Below, piece by piece: positions 18,989-30,088 of a stretch of 64,000 nt of DNA (its first letter is position 1; each line of letters opens with the position of its first letter). The stretch covers positions 1 to 64,000 of IMG/VR virus record IMGVR_UViG_2576861548_000003, one strand, 5' to 3'. The position numbers and the translations under genes were made by a program. The notes under the pieces were generated by a model that saw nothing but the letters and a program-made list of their open reading frames with translations, was not told where the DNA came from and did no database searches. Source of the stretch: a virus (Duplodnaviria; Caudoviricetes).

Positions 18989-21191
18989 TATAATAACACG
19001 ACTATTACTTAAAACGAATGACTTTGACGCAAACCTAAATCGGGCAAAAGGTTCGGTTAACAGCTTTCAAGGCGGTATTTCCAGTATGGCAAAAACCGCC
19101 GGGGCTGGTATAATGAAGTTTGCCGGGACAATTGGCATTGCGGTGGGGGCCAGTGAAGCGTTTATGAAAACGATACGCGGTTCTCAGACAACCAGCGATG
19201 AGTTTGATGCCCAGATGCGCACATGTCAGACATCTGTAAATGAATTTTTCACCAGTTTGTCTACCGGGGATTTTACTTATTTTCTGGGTGGATTGGATAG
19301 TATAATATCCAAGTCCAGAGACGCGTATGCAGCATTAGATCAATTAGGAAACGCCCGCATCAGTTACGACTATTTTCGGGAAGATTTTAATGCTGCTATG
19401 GCTGAGTCCCGTAGTGTAGCTATGGATAGTACTGCGTCAAAAGAGCAAAGGGAGGCCGCATTAAAGGAATGGACAAAAGCTCTTGAAGATAAAAAAAACA
19501 AGGCGTCATCTGTCAGTTCAGATGCTCTTACAGCTTTAAAAACTGTATTAGTTGAAGGAAATCTGTTAAATGCTGACGATGTGACATTGGAAGACTTTGC
19601 CAAGGTGCTTAGCTATGATGTTGCCGGAAGTAAACGCGATGTTCTAAAGTCTGAAATGGCTAATAAGTATGATACTTATAAAATCAAATATGCCGAATTA
19701 GAGCGGCGTAAAAAAAACGGAGGGCTTGCAGACTGGGCATTTCCGGAGTCAAAAGAAGCAAAAGATAGGGCATCTCTTAATGATTTTATAGCTTCTAAGC
19801 AAGCCGAACTCAATAAGGAATATAAGGATGCTATTTTGTTTCAACAGGCTATTGTAAAATGGAAAGATGAAGAATTGATCAAAGCGGTGCAGTTGGGAAA
19901 AGAGTACAAACAAATAAATCAGGAACTTGCCAATGATAAGAAAACATTTGATAGGGTTCGGGATAGAATCAATAAACCTAAAAAGAATCCAAAAGAAAAC
20001 GAAGAAAAAAAGCCCTTAAAGGATACTCTTTCATGGTATGACATCCAGATAACGGAGTTAAACAAAACTCTTGTAAGTTCTGCATATAGGCAGGCACGCG
20101 CCACTATTCAGGCCACAATAAATGAACTTGAACAAAAGAGAATAAGCCTAAAAATGCAGATCGACGGTGATGTATTCAAAGGCAAGCACGGCGAAATGAA
20201 AGATGGTGAATTGTTATTGCCAGCCTCTAAAGTTCCGGATATAGCCAAGATTTACTCCGATTCCGGTACAGAGTTTGCCAAGCTGGAAAGCATGTATAGT
20301 GAAATGATTGCAGAAAGACAGAACGCATTATCAAAAGCAACAGATGAGGAGCAGCAAGCATTTATTCAATCTCAGATCGGCAAGCTAAAAAGTACATTGA
20401 AAGAACTTCGTTCCATGCAGAAAGAATCAGATGTGACAGGTCATATCTATGCTGCCTATCAAAACAATGCAGGTAGTAAAAAACAGGGTTCATTTGATTT
20501 AAGGAAAGAAATCGGAAACATGAAGTTGCCCAAGTTCGAATCTCCAATAAAAAAAGAGGATATTGATTTAAATCAGCAGTATGCTGACTCTTTAGGAGAT
20601 GTAAGTAATGTTATGGGCAGCTTATCCGGCCTGTTTGATAGCAATACTGCATCTGTTTTGCAGTGGGGCAGCAGCCTAATAGGAACTATAGCACAAGCTA
20701 TCCCAAAAATCTTAGAAATGTCTACGGCTAACGAAATAGAGGCCGCTTCCGCTACTAAAAGCGCATCCGCAAATACTTTGGCGGCTGGTTCAGAGGCACT
20801 AAAAGCACATGCAGGTATTCCATTCGTCGGTATTGCAATGGGGGTTGCTGGGGTTGCAGCGATAATTGCCGCAATGGCAAGTATTCCCAAATTTGCAAAC
20901 GGCGGTATCGTTCCTGGAATTTCGTTTGCAGGTGATAAAGTTCCTGCAATGCTAAATAGTGGTGAAATGATTTTGAATGGTTCACAACAAGCGAACTTAT
21001 TTAAAATGCTCAATACCGGATTGAATATTAGCCACCCCAACATTTCACTACCTTCCGGTCATCTGGCGGGCATAATCTCACCCTCTGAGAATGATCGCAG
21101 AATTGATGTATCTGGCGACTGGATACTAAGAGGCGATACCATTTTTTTACAACTAAAAAACTACATGAAGAAAACAGGAAAAAAATTATGA
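18981..21191 (+). CDS. tape measure protein
   Basis: Long Ala-rich helical ORF; C-terminal KFANGGIV..GDKVPAMLNSGEMILN. Confidence 0.9.
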   Translation: MSDIITRLLLKTNDFDANLNRAKGSVNSFQGGISSMAKTAGAGIMKFAGTIGIAVGASEAFMKTIRGSQTTSDEFDAQMRTCQTSVNEFFTSLSTGDFTYFLGGLDSIISKSRDAYAALDQLGNARISYDYFREDFNAAMAESRSVAMDSTASKEQREAALKEWTKALEDKKNKASSVSSDALTALKTVLVEGNLLNADDVTLEDFAKVLSYDVAGSKRDVLKSEMANKYDTYKIKYAELERRKKNGGLADWAFPESKEAKDRASLNDFIASKQAELNKEYKDAILFQQAIVKWKDEELIKAVQLGKEYKQINQELANDKKTFDRVRDRINKPKKNPKENEEKKPLKDTLSWYDIQITELNKTLVSSAYRQARATIQATINELEQKRISLKMQIDGDVFKGKHGEMKDGELLLPASKVPDIAKIYSDSGTEFAKLESMYSEMIAERQNALSKATDEEQQAFIQSQIGKLKSTLKELRSMQKESDVTGHIYAAYQNNAGSKKQGSFDLRKEIGNMKLPKFESPIKKEDIDLNQQYADSLGDVSNVMGSLSGLFDSNTASVLQWGSSLIGTIAQAIPKILEMSTANEIEAASATKSASANTLAAGSEALKAHAGIPFVGIAMGVAGVAAIIAAMASIPKFANGGIVPGISFAGDKVPAMLNSGEMILNGSQQANLFKMLNTGLNISHPNISLPSGHLAGIISPSENDRRIDVSGDWILRGDTIFLQLKNYMKKTGKKL

Positions 21192-23254
21192 TGAATTACG
21201 GCACAATATATACACTATACTTTCGATCACGGAAAGAAGAAGATAACTATACGGTAGAAATACAGAAAGAAGGCTATACAGGGCGAGTTGCTGAGTTAAC
21301 AGGGAGCGGCGACGCTCCTTTTTCTGTAGAAATTGCGGATGATGACTTTCTTTATGTTCCTACCCGTTTTTCTACAGCTACTATTAGAGTTGTAGGAAAC
21401 GACTACTTGCAAAGCCTATACTCGACCGGATATCAGCAGTACCGCGTTAACTTTAAGCAAGGTAATAAAATTGTTTGGACTGGATTCGTTACCCCAGAAT
21501 TATATACTCAGGATTACACTTCCAACAAATTTGATTTAGAAGTTCAGTGCGTATCTGCAATGAATACATTAGAGTATATCAACTATAAATTAAAAAACGA
21601 AACGGACAAAGGATTTATTTCACTGTGGGAATTATTGACACGTTGCGTCTCCGAGTCTCACGGTTCTTATTCGGCTATATATATTCCACATGTTTACGCT
21701 AAAAATTTGGCAGATTATGATGCAAATACAAACATCTTACAGAGCATGACAATTAGTGAACAAAACTTCTTCGATGAAGATGATAAACCCATGACTCTAA
21801 AAGAGGTGATTGAAGAACTATGCAAGTTCCTTAACTGGACTTGCGTTGACTACAAAGGTGAATTATACTTTGTAGACGTAGATCACCGTGGAGACTATTA
21901 TAAATATGTTCCTAATTTTTCATCTTATACATTTGAATCAGGAAATGTTGTTAGTGTGCAAAATATCGGCTTTAGCGGTGCGGATCATACACTCGATATT
22001 CTGGGAGGTTACAATAAAGCTATTGTAAAAAACAGTAATTATCCGGTAGGAAATTTATTACCAGAAGAGCGATTTGAAGAAATGCAAATTTTAAAAGTGC
22101 TCGATAATGCAAATGATAAAAATCAAGTTTGCCACAGGGTGTTTCTTATCCCTAATCAGTGGGAAACGATAGTATTCAAAGAAGGTCTAACGATAAAAGT
22201 TGATGATTTGCAAAAATACAAAGATATAGTACACACATTTGAAGGGGCTATTCCCATGAAATATTGCACATATAAACAAAATAAGGATTTAAATGGCAAT
22301 TGGATTCCTGAAATAACCGACTATTCATTTACAAACGTAATTCAAATAAGAAGGACTAAAGAACGTTATGAAGCCGGGCCACTAAGTACGTGCAAAGTAA
22401 TGACCACCAAAGGCGCTTCTGCTATATACTCAAACGGAATATTTTGTATATCAGGGAGCTATAAGTTTATTAATTCTGATGATATGATACCATGGGATAA
22501 TAGTTCTGTTTCAGATGTTCTTTATGCACAAATACGTATTGGTGGTATGTATTATGGAAGTCTCAGGCCAGATGCAGGGCAAAAAAATACATGGGCGCAA
22601 AATCCAGAATACGCATTTAAATTGAAACCTGAGAGAGTTGAAGCAAAGCAAGATTATGTCTCAATAGAAAACCAAAAAACGTTATCAATGCCTTATACTG
22701 GAATAAGCGGTGTGATAGTCTCCATTGATAGAGTTTTGCAAGGTGATTTTGAGTTTACTCTATTGATGCCCGTCGGAAAAAATTTCAGCGCCGGCGGGGT
22801 TCTTGTGAAAGACTTTAAGATCGTATATCAAAAACCAGATGACGAAAAGCTTATATCTAACAGCAGCATAGACCGCTATTATGAAAATGTCGTGAATGAA
22901 GATTACATTAACGAATTGGACGAAATCGAATTTAAAATATCCAGTTACAACAACGACGGTGCATGCTACAGCAAAGTAATGTTAGGCGATAACTATCTAA
23001 CCGACAATCTCTATTCTTCTATTGAGCAGAAATTAGTCCGGCCGGAAGAGCATTTGATCCGGCGCATTATTAATCAGTACGGAGCTACCAAATTTAAGCT
23101 TACGCAAATACTGGTAGATGACGAAGCAATTACTCCTATCACAACTATAACCGATAAGTTTCAGCCAAACAAACGGTTTACGATCACGGGCGGTACAATT
23201 GACTTCGCGATGAATCAGTTTAATTGTAAGATGATTGAAAATGGTAGATATTAA
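21188..23254 (+). CDS. distal tail / baseplate structural protein
   Basis: Follows tape measure; WTGFVTPELYTQDY motif typical of Bacteroides siphophages. Confidence 0.7.
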   Translation: MMNYGTIYTLYFRSRKEEDNYTVEIQKEGYTGRVAELTGSGDAPFSVEIADDDFLYVPTRFSTATIRVVGNDYLQSLYSTGYQQYRVNFKQGNKIVWTGFVTPELYTQDYTSNKFDLEVQCVSAMNTLEYINYKLKNETDKGFISLWELLTRCVSESHGSYSAIYIPHVYAKNLADYDANTNILQSMTISEQNFFDEDDKPMTLKEVIEELCKFLNWTCVDYKGELYFVDVDHRGDYYKYVPNFSSYTFESGNVVSVQNIGFSGADHTLDILGGYNKAIVKNSNYPVGNLLPEERFEEMQILKVLDNANDKNQVCHRVFLIPNQWETIVFKEGLTIKVDDLQKYKDIVHTFEGAIPMKYCTYKQNKDLNGNWIPEITDYSFTNVIQIRRTKERYEAGPLSTCKVMTTKGASAIYSNGIFCISGSYKFINSDDMIPWDNSSVSDVLYAQIRIGGMYYGSLRPDAGQKNTWAQNPEYAFKLKPERVEAKQDYVSIENQKTLSMPYTGISGVIVSIDRVLQGDFEFTLLMPVGKNFSAGGVLVKDFKIVYQKPDDEKLISNSSIDRYYENVVNEDYINELDEIEFKISSYNNDGACYSKVMLGDNYLTDNLYSSIEQKLVRPEEHLIRRIINQYGATKFKLTQILVDDEAITPITTITDKFQPNKRFTITGGTIDFAMNQFNCKMIENGRY

Positions 23255-26200
23255 AACTACATCCATACCCGCAAAGCCCCGGTCAAAGAACTATCCGGCC
23301 GGGGCTGTTATCACCCGGGCAACCGGCGGCGTTACTGTTAACGGCGGTGGAGGTGGAGGTGCTTCGGTTGACATTGTAAAGGCTACCGATACAAAGTCGT
23401 TTACCGATAGCAACGTACTGTCTTCGCTCCGGACACTGTTAGAAATCCGTTCGCGTATCATTGCCGAATCGGATACAACCACGGAATTAACCGATGATAA
23501 TACGCTTTCTTCAAAGCGCACTTTAAAGGAGATAGATGCAGCGATAGAAGTTGCATTAAAGAAAATCGAAGAACTTTATATCAGCAAGAAAAACGATGAT
23601 ACCGCATCCGGTGTCATTACGTTTTTGCGCGGAATTATAGCGCATGCGCTTTCTTTATTTAAGAAAGGCGCTAGTTTTGGAAACTTTACGCCTGGTATAA
23701 GTGGAGCTATCATTGACGAAAACGGTGACATTGAAGCGAGGGGGCTTGTTTTACGTGGTTTCTTATCCGTTCCTGAGCTCCGGTATAATAGAGCGATAGT
23801 ATTAAAAGGCCGGCAGATAATCAGTCCGGGCGGAGGATGCGTCATTGAGCAATTCATTACGGTAGATGAAAATACATGGCTGGTTCTTCCCGTATTGGAA
23901 GAAGGAGAAGCGTTATCTTTTAAAGTAGATGACATCCTGTTAGCATACTGGCATGACAAAGACTCACAATCAGGTGCATTCAAGGGATTCAGAGAAATGA
24001 AGTTCCGTGTAACGGCATTTTCCGGAGAGAGAGGATTCTTGGTTGTGCCTAAACCCGGAAGCGGATCTGTTCCAGCTACGTCTATGACACTTGCTCAGAC
24101 CGGGAACTTTACCGATGCCGAACGTCAGACCTATATAATGATAGACTCGACATTAGGTAACAATAGCATAACCTTTTTTGATGATGCAAATACGTGGGAC
24201 GTAGAACCGGCGCAGGAAAAAAGCTGGATTGGGAAAAAGAAAAATCGTATCGTCGCCGGCATTGATTGCTCTAAATATTCCGCTGTATTTCAAAATGTCA
24301 TCATGTCCGGTAAAATATTCCAGGTTGATGATATTACAGGGGAATCTATTCGGGTTCCGATTGAGAAAGGAGAATATGTTTCCGGACAAAGATACGCATA
24401 TTATGACCGTGTCTCTTATAATCGTGCGATGTGGCTTTGTGTGAATGAAAACGGAACGACATCCGAGCCTTCGGACTCGAATCAGGACTGGTTAAAACAA
24501 GCCTATGCAGTTGATTCATCTTCATACTGGCTTACTGCCAATGCCACTCAGGTGGTCATACGGCCGAACAGTGTCGTACCAATATGGACTATTGTTAACT
24601 GCAAGAAGCAGACGGGCGCCGGCCCTGTCGAGAACTGCGACTCTTTTTATCTTGCGACCAGAAGAGTAGATGCGGACGGTGCAAAGGTTACGGCAAGTGT
24701 TAACCCGACAAGTTCCACTATTGCAGCCCCATCAAAGACAACTACCGCTCTCTCTGTTCGCGCCTATGCTGTTAAGTCGGATGCGGAGGCGTGGAATAAT
24801 AACTATGTAGATGAAATAGCATTCGGGATAGTCAAAGACGGGAGCGATGGTAAAGACGGTAAGGACGGGAGAATCTACGAATATATCTATAGAAGGACCG
24901 AAACAGAGACAAGCCCCGCTACACCTGACGAACAATATTTAGCGTCCGGATGGACCGATGACCCGGTAGGGGTTGATTCTTCGTATGCGTATGAATGGGT
25001 GTCTCAGCGCATAAAAGACGGTGAGACATGGAGCGGATTCTCTGCGCCTTCCTTGTGGGCACGGTATTCTAAAGACGGAGAAGACGGTAAGCCAGGCGAG
25101 GGCGCTGTAGTACGTTGGCTTACGGCGAGTGCTACACAGGTTATTATCAGACCGAATAGTGTTGTGCCTATCTTTATAACAGTAAGATGTAAACAGCAAA
25201 TAGGAACTAATCCTGTCGAGAATTGCAATTCTCTCTATGTTGTCTACAGAAGGGTGGACGCAAACGGTACAAATATTCTTGTAAATTCAACATTGGGCAC
25301 ACATGTTGTTGCCCCCTCTAAAACAACGACAGCCTTATCTGTTCGCGCTTACGAAAACAAAACAGATGCGGAGGCTTGGAACAATAACTATGTAGATGAA
25401 ATAGCATTCGGAATTGTTAAAGATGGCAGGGATGGTATAGACGGTGTTGATGGTAAAGAACACGAATTTATCTACAAGAGAACAGGTACAGGAATAAAGC
25501 CTACCACCCCTGACGAACAATATTTAGCGTCCGGATGGACTGATGACCCGGTAGGGGTTGATTCTTCGTATGCGTATGAATGGGTGTCTCAGCGCATAAA
25601 GGATAACGGAATATGGGGAAATTTTTCCGTACCTTCTTTGTGGGCACGGTATTCTAAAGACGGAGAAAATGGGAAGCCGGGCACAGATGGCAAGCCCGGT
25701 ACTGATGCCACGTCCTATTGGCTAACATCAAACGGAAGTAACTTTGCTTATTCATCAAGCGGCGTGTTTTCTCCTGGCAGCATCACTGTATATTGCAAGA
25801 AAAAGACAGGGGCCAGTGATGCGATGACATGCAGTGATTTTTTTATCAGGGTGAAAAAATACAGAAATGGAACAATTAGTGATCATGACTATTCAGGCTC
25901 GAAGCGATCCAGCGTAGTAATTACTCCAAGCTCCTACGATAGTTCTTACGTAGTGAGGGCATATCAAAATCTGAGCGATAATAATAGCTGGACCGATAAT
26001 TTTGTAGCTGAATCAATCATAGGTGTCGTAAAAGATGGTCAAGGCGGCGGTTCCAGTACACCCGGTCCTCCGGGTGAAGATGGTAAGCCGGGAACTGACT
26101 CCACCTCCTACTGGCTTACTTCTACGAGCACTACCGTTGTATTTAGAAGTACGGGAAGCGTTGTCCCTATGTTCATAACAGTGAGATGCAAGAAGCAGAC

Positions 26201-27215
26201 GGGGGCCGGTCCTGTCGAGAACTGCAATTCCTTTTATCTCGCATATAGAAGAGTGGATAAAGACGGTACGAAAGTGACCGTGGGTAGCGCTCAGTCAAGC
26301 TCCACTCTAATGACGGTAACAGCGAGTACGACATCACTCGGAGTAAGGGCCTATGCCGTTAAATCGGATGCGGAGGCTTGGAATACCAACTATGTAGATG
26401 AAGTAAACATAGGTATCATAAAAGATGGGACCAATGGTGCAAATGGCGCAATGCCCCGTGTATGTGGAAGATATTCAAGCGGGGTTCCTTATGTTTGGGA
26501 TGACAACTACAGGGATATTGTGTTTTATTCCTTTGGCGGCGTTAATTATATCTTTCAGGTTAAAGTCTATGGATCTTCCGTATCAACCCCGCCTGTGTCG
26601 GTAGACGGTGATGACAACTGGGAGCCCGCCAACCGATTTAGTTTCGTTGCTACAGATACGTTGCTTGCTGATGGTGCCAACATTGCGGACTTTATGTACA
26701 AGAATGGCGTAATGCGTTCTCAGGCAGAAGTAAACGGCATTCCCAATCTGATGCTGAACGGCAATACGGGGGAGGTAGATATAAGAATAGGTACATTTAG
26801 AGGAAAGGTAAACACGCCATTTACCTTGCTTGGGGATTCTGACGCTCAAAATGTTTCTGGTATGACTAATACATTCCTACTAAAAGATAATCTAAACATA
26901 GCTACGAGTTGCAAATACATGTGCACGAATGGAGCTACCATCGTACTACCTACAGACATAAAGTATAACGGTGCTAATGTAACTATACTGGATTTTACTT
27001 ATCCCCCGTATAACTCCGATATAGCCTATACAACTGTACTTGTTGAAGGTGGGGATACGTTCGGGAATACACTACATACAGAGTCGCAAGATCAGTCTCA
27101 ATGGTTTGAATCAGACTTAATCAACATTCGTGGGGGGATAAAGGAATTTATTGCCGTTCCCGCTTACAGTACCAGCGGGACTTTTACTAAAGTTAAATGG
27201 TTTTTAAAGAAATAA
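23241..27215 (+). CDS. large tail fibre / host-specificity protein with modular repeats
   Basis: About 1320 aa; repeated modules separated by collagen-like DGKDG linkers. Confidence 0.8.
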   Translation: MVDIKTTSIPAKPRSKNYPAGAVITRATGGVTVNGGGGGGASVDIVKATDTKSFTDSNVLSSLRTLLEIRSRIIAESDTTTELTDDNTLSSKRTLKEIDAAIEVALKKIEELYISKKNDDTASGVITFLRGIIAHALSLFKKGASFGNFTPGISGAIIDENGDIEARGLVLRGFLSVPELRYNRAIVLKGRQIISPGGGCVIEQFITVDENTWLVLPVLEEGEALSFKVDDILLAYWHDKDSQSGAFKGFREMKFRVTAFSGERGFLVVPKPGSGSVPATSMTLAQTGNFTDAERQTYIMIDSTLGNNSITFFDDANTWDVEPAQEKSWIGKKKNRIVAGIDCSKYSAVFQNVIMSGKIFQVDDITGESIRVPIEKGEYVSGQRYAYYDRVSYNRAMWLCVNENGTTSEPSDSNQDWLKQAYAVDSSSYWLTANATQVVIRPNSVVPIWTIVNCKKQTGAGPVENCDSFYLATRRVDADGAKVTASVNPTSSTIAAPSKTTTALSVRAYAVKSDAEAWNNNYVDEIAFGIVKDGSDGKDGKDGRIYEYIYRRTETETSPATPDEQYLASGWTDDPVGVDSSYAYEWVSQRIKDGETWSGFSAPSLWARYSKDGEDGKPGEGAVVRWLTASATQVIIRPNSVVPIFITVRCKQQIGTNPVENCNSLYVVYRRVDANGTNILVNSTLGTHVVAPSKTTTALSVRAYENKTDAEAWNNNYVDEIAFGIVKDGRDGIDGVDGKEHEFIYKRTGTGIKPTTPDEQYLASGWTDDPVGVDSSYAYEWVSQRIKDNGIWGNFSVPSLWARYSKDGENGKPGTDGKPGTDATSYWLTSNGSNFAYSSSGVFSPGSITVYCKKKTGASDAMTCSDFFIRVKKYRNGTISDHDYSGSKRSSVVITPSSYDSSYVVRAYQNLSDNNSWTDNFVAESIIGVVKDGQGGGSSTPGPPGEDGKPGTDSTSYWLTSTSTTVVFRSTGSVVPMFITVRCKKQTGAGPVENCNSFYLAYRRVDKDGTKVTVGSAQSSSTLMTVTASTTSLGVRAYAVKSDAEAWNTNYVDEVNIGIIKDGTNGANGAMPRVCGRYSSGVPYVWDDNYRDIVFYSFGGVNYIFQVKVYGSSVSTPPVSVDGDDNWEPANRFSFVATDTLLADGANIADFMYKNGVMRSQAEVNGIPNLMLNGNTGEVDIRIGTFRGKVNTPFTLLGDSDAQNVSGMTNTFLLKDNLNIATSCKYMCTNGATIVLPTDIKYNGANVTILDFTYPPYNSDIAYTTVLVEGGDTFGNTLHTESQDQSQWFESDLINIRGGIKEFIAVPAYSTSGTFTKVKWFLKK
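24780..25600 (+). repeat. 585-bp-period internal duplication in tail fibre gene
   Basis: 24924-25015 vs 25509-25600 are 91/92 identical; GATGCGGAGGC.TGGAA..A.AACTATGTAGATGAA at 24780, 25365 and 26367. Confidence 0.9.
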
Positions 27216-27222
27216 TATAATT

Positions 27223-27420
27223 ATGAAGTATTTGGTATTTATTGCGCTATTATGCGCTTCGTGTGAGGGGAGCTTTATGCAAGACTTTCCGACAAAAGGT
27301 AATCACATTGGAACTTTCGCAGACTCCGGTAATTCGGACTGTATTAGCAATATAGTTCTAACTACTGATACTACCTATAAGGAGTTTGATTATACACTAT
27401 CAATCAATAGAACACAATGA
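27223..27420 (+). CDS. small lipoprotein
   Basis: MKYLVFIALLCASC lipobox-like signal. Confidence 0.6.
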   Translation: MKYLVFIALLCASCEGSFMQDFPTKGNHIGTFADSGNSDCISNIVLTTDTTYKEFDYTLSINRTQ

Positions 27421-27881
27421 CAATGATTGACTACATGAAAAATCTATTTGTAGGCTTGCTAACCGGATTAGCAGCCTATCTAAACCCGATCAGCGGAGAT
27501 ATTAAAAGTCTTGTTGCTCTTTTCTTCTTTAACTTCCTGTTTGGTCTGGCCGCCGGCCTACTGGCCAATAATGAAAGTTTTAGTTTAAAAAAAGCATTCC
27601 GGTGCATCATTGAAGCGATGGTATTTTTTCTGCTCGTAGCCGCTATTTACTTTATCGGCGATCACAAAGGAAATCCGGACGGGGCCTTACAATGCGTATC
27701 GTTTATAACTTACTCAATATTCTATTTTTATGGCGTGAATATTCTACGCAATTTGAAACTAATGGCTACGCCCGGAACTGCATTCTATAAAGTTGTATCG
27801 TTTCTGTATTACGTCGTTAGCGTCGAGTTTATCAAGCACATACCGTTTTTAACTAATTATCAAAAGGAGGCGATAAAATGA
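27417..27881 (+). CDS. holin
   Basis: Multiple TM helices; directly before the endolysin. Confidence 0.75.
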   Translation: MTMIDYMKNLFVGLLTGLAAYLNPISGDIKSLVALFFFNFLFGLAAGLLANNESFSLKKAFRCIIEAMVFFLLVAAIYFIGDHKGNPDGALQCVSFITYSIFYFYGVNILRNLKLMATPGTAFYKVVSFLYYVVSVEFIKHIPFLTNYQKEAIK

Positions 27882-28273
27882 AGTATTTTACAATCAAAGA
27901 ACTTAGCCACAGCGATACGGCCGTAGCGCGTGGGATCGACAATTACCCAACGGCCGAAGCTATTCACAATTTAACGAAGCTGGTTGAGAATGTTCTCGAC
28001 CCGCTTCGGGAAAAGTACGGTAAGCCTATCCGGGTAAGTTCCGGTTATCGAAGCGCTATCCTCAACCGGAGCGTTAACGGGGCAACATCCAGTCAACACC
28101 GGTTAGGCGAGGCGGCTGATATTACGGTAGGCAGCAAGGAAGAAAACCAGAAGCTGTTTGAGATCATCCGGCAGGAATTACCCTTCGATCAATTGATCGA
28201 TGAAAAAGACTTTTCATGGGTTCACGTATCATTCCGTGAAGGTAGAAACAGAAAACAAGTGTTGAAGCTATGA
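27878..28273 (+). CDS. endolysin, peptidase M15A family
   Basis: SSGYRS, SQHRLGEAADI, FDQLIDE, WVHVS. Confidence 0.92.
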   Translation: MKYFTIKELSHSDTAVARGIDNYPTAEAIHNLTKLVENVLDPLREKYGKPIRVSSGYRSAILNRSVNGATSSQHRLGEAADITVGSKEENQKLFEIIRQELPFDQLIDEKDFSWVHVSFREGRNRKQVLKL

Positions 28274-28734
28274 AATATCTACCTTATATCGTTATTGCAG
28301 TTCTTATCCTGTTTATCGTGTTCCGCCCGGCAAGGGTGGAACGCGTACCGGGTGAAGTGGTCAGAGACACGATCATTACAAATCGTATTGATACGGTTCG
28401 GGATACAATACCCGTTCCGGTTTATGAAAGCGTTGTAGATTCGTTCCCGTTCGTTGTTCCCGTCCCAGTGCCGGGCGATACAGTCCGGGATACAGTGTAT
28501 TTGCCTATTACGCAGAAAATCTACAAAGACAGCCTTTATACGGCTTATGTGTCAGGCTACCGGGCAAAGCTGGATAGTATAGAGGTGTACAGTAAAACGA
28601 GGACTGTATTTATCAGAGAACGGGCAAAGCGGAAACGGTTCGGGCTGGGTGTGCAGGCTGGATACGGTTTTTCCGGGAATAAGGTAAGTCCCTATGTCGG
28701 GGTTGGGGTGAGCTATAGTTTGTTTGAGTTCTAA
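28270..28734 (+). CDS. lysis-associated (spanin-like) protein
   Basis: N-terminal TM, RDT repeats, C-terminal GLGVQAGYG..PYVGVGVSY. Confidence 0.7.
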   Translation: MKYLPYIVIAVLILFIVFRPARVERVPGEVVRDTIITNRIDTVRDTIPVPVYESVVDSFPFVVPVPVPGDTVRDTVYLPITQKIYKDSLYTAYVSGYRAKLDSIEVYSKTRTVFIRERAKRKRFGLGVQAGYGFSGNKVSPYVGVGVSYSLFEF

Positions 28735-28742
28735 ATACATTT

Positions 28743-29143
28743 ATGTCAGAAGAGGCTGCTAAATGGGTGAAGGTGTTTGGTGATACGTTCTTTGAAGCCT
28801 TATATAAGATATATAATTGGAATTGGGATAAAACTAATAGAAGACTTGGGGTTGTTGGTACATGGATTAATGATATAGTACATGAGAGAATACCCCCTTT
28901 GATCCTCGCAGAGTTAAGGAAAAATAATCCTAAAAATGACAATGGGAACAGAAATTATAAGTATCATCAGTCCCTTACAATGGAAATAGGCCCCCTAAAT
29001 TGAGACAGCATCTCGAGGCTATTCACATAATTACTACTATATCGAATTGCAATTGGGCCAGATTCATGCACAATATAGATAAAGCATATTCTAAACAATA
29101 TCAGCAATTGGATATAGACTTTGACTTTGATGACGTAAAATAG
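28743..29143 (+). pseudogene. P63C-domain remnant, 5'-truncated and frameshifted
   Basis: KWVKVF..GVVGTWINDIV..ELRKNNP..KYHQ; continues after a frameshift near 28995 as KLRQHLEAIH...DFDDVK*. Confidence 0.7.
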
Positions 29144-29355
29144 CATGAATAAAGCAGAATATTTGTTGTAAAAGCTGTATTTATTATTTTGATAATCCTT
29201 TGCCTACATCACACATAAATACTATCTTTGTCCCATAGTAAGCGCTAAAAAAATAACTTGTGACAGTTTTCGATGAAAGAAGGATGTTTTATCTTATTAA
29301 ATCATCTTTATGTATATCAAGTTGTTTTTTAGCAATTACATAAGTTAAGAAAAGC

Positions 29356-29634
29356 ATGGCATCTAATAAAAATACATATAATAAGATTTTAGAGAAGGCG
29401 GCAACCAATTGGGGGATGTTGACCTTGGCCGCAGCTATTTTTGGAATGGGGTTTACTGTTGCCCTTTTCATTAATGATAGATCTAAAAATATTGAGATGA
29501 ATGATAGGCAAATCGAATACTATAATTCTATAAAAGAAAGAGATAATATAATTATCGATCTGAAAGGAGAGTTGATGATTTTAAAAATTCAAATTGAAAA
29601 TAAAAAGGAGAATACAAAAAATGAAAACAAATAA
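29356..29634 (+). CDS. moron membrane protein (TM + coiled coil)
   Basis: One TM helix; promoter TATCTTTG at 29223-29230. Confidence 0.65.
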   Translation: MASNKNTYNKILEKAATNWGMLTLAAAIFGMGFTVALFINDRSKNIEMNDRQIEYYNSIKERDNIIIDLKGELMILKIQIENKKENTKNENK

Positions 29635-30088
29635 AGATATTATACTTGTTATATTAGCGGGGCTTTCCATCTGCTTAGGAATTCTTTTGTATTTTAGTGT
29701 TGATTATTCTAAGCATCTTGAAAACCAAGTTTCTAAAATGAATCTGGTAATAAATAGAGATTCATTATCAAAAGATTATTTAGATAAAACAACATGGGAG
29801 ACAGATGATCTTATTAAATTCTCAAATAATCAGACCGATGAAGTGATAAAACTTAGGAAAGAAAAGGAAATGCTTTTAGATAGCTTGAGAGAATCTTCTA
29901 CTTTTTTAGATATAGCAAAGCGGCAATATGGGATGGTGTTTGAAAAAAAAGCATATAAGAAAGGCTCGGTAGTAGGTAATAGTTTTAGGGTATATTCAAG
30001 CAAATTAGATTCTGCATTAATGCTTTTACATGTGTATCGAGATAAATTAAAATATAATAGAAAAGATAATTCGTGGACTGTAGAATAG
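29621..30088 (+). CDS. moron membrane-anchored coiled-coil protein
   Basis: MKTNKDIILVILAGLSICLGILLYF TM; overlaps previous gene. Confidence 0.7.
   Translation: MKTNKDIILVILAGLSICLGILLYFSVDYSKHLENQVSKMNLVINRDSLSKDYLDKTTWETDDLIKFSNNQTDEVIKLRKEKEMLLDSLRESSTFLDIAKRQYGMVFEKKAYKKGSVVGNSFRVYSSKLDSALMLLHVYRDKLKYNRKDNSWTVE

Noticed and set aside
24520-26440. Tail-fibre repeats as DGR TR/VR pairs or trans targets
   Set aside because: Differences between copies are not adenine-specific, and there is no similarity to the TR at 42028.
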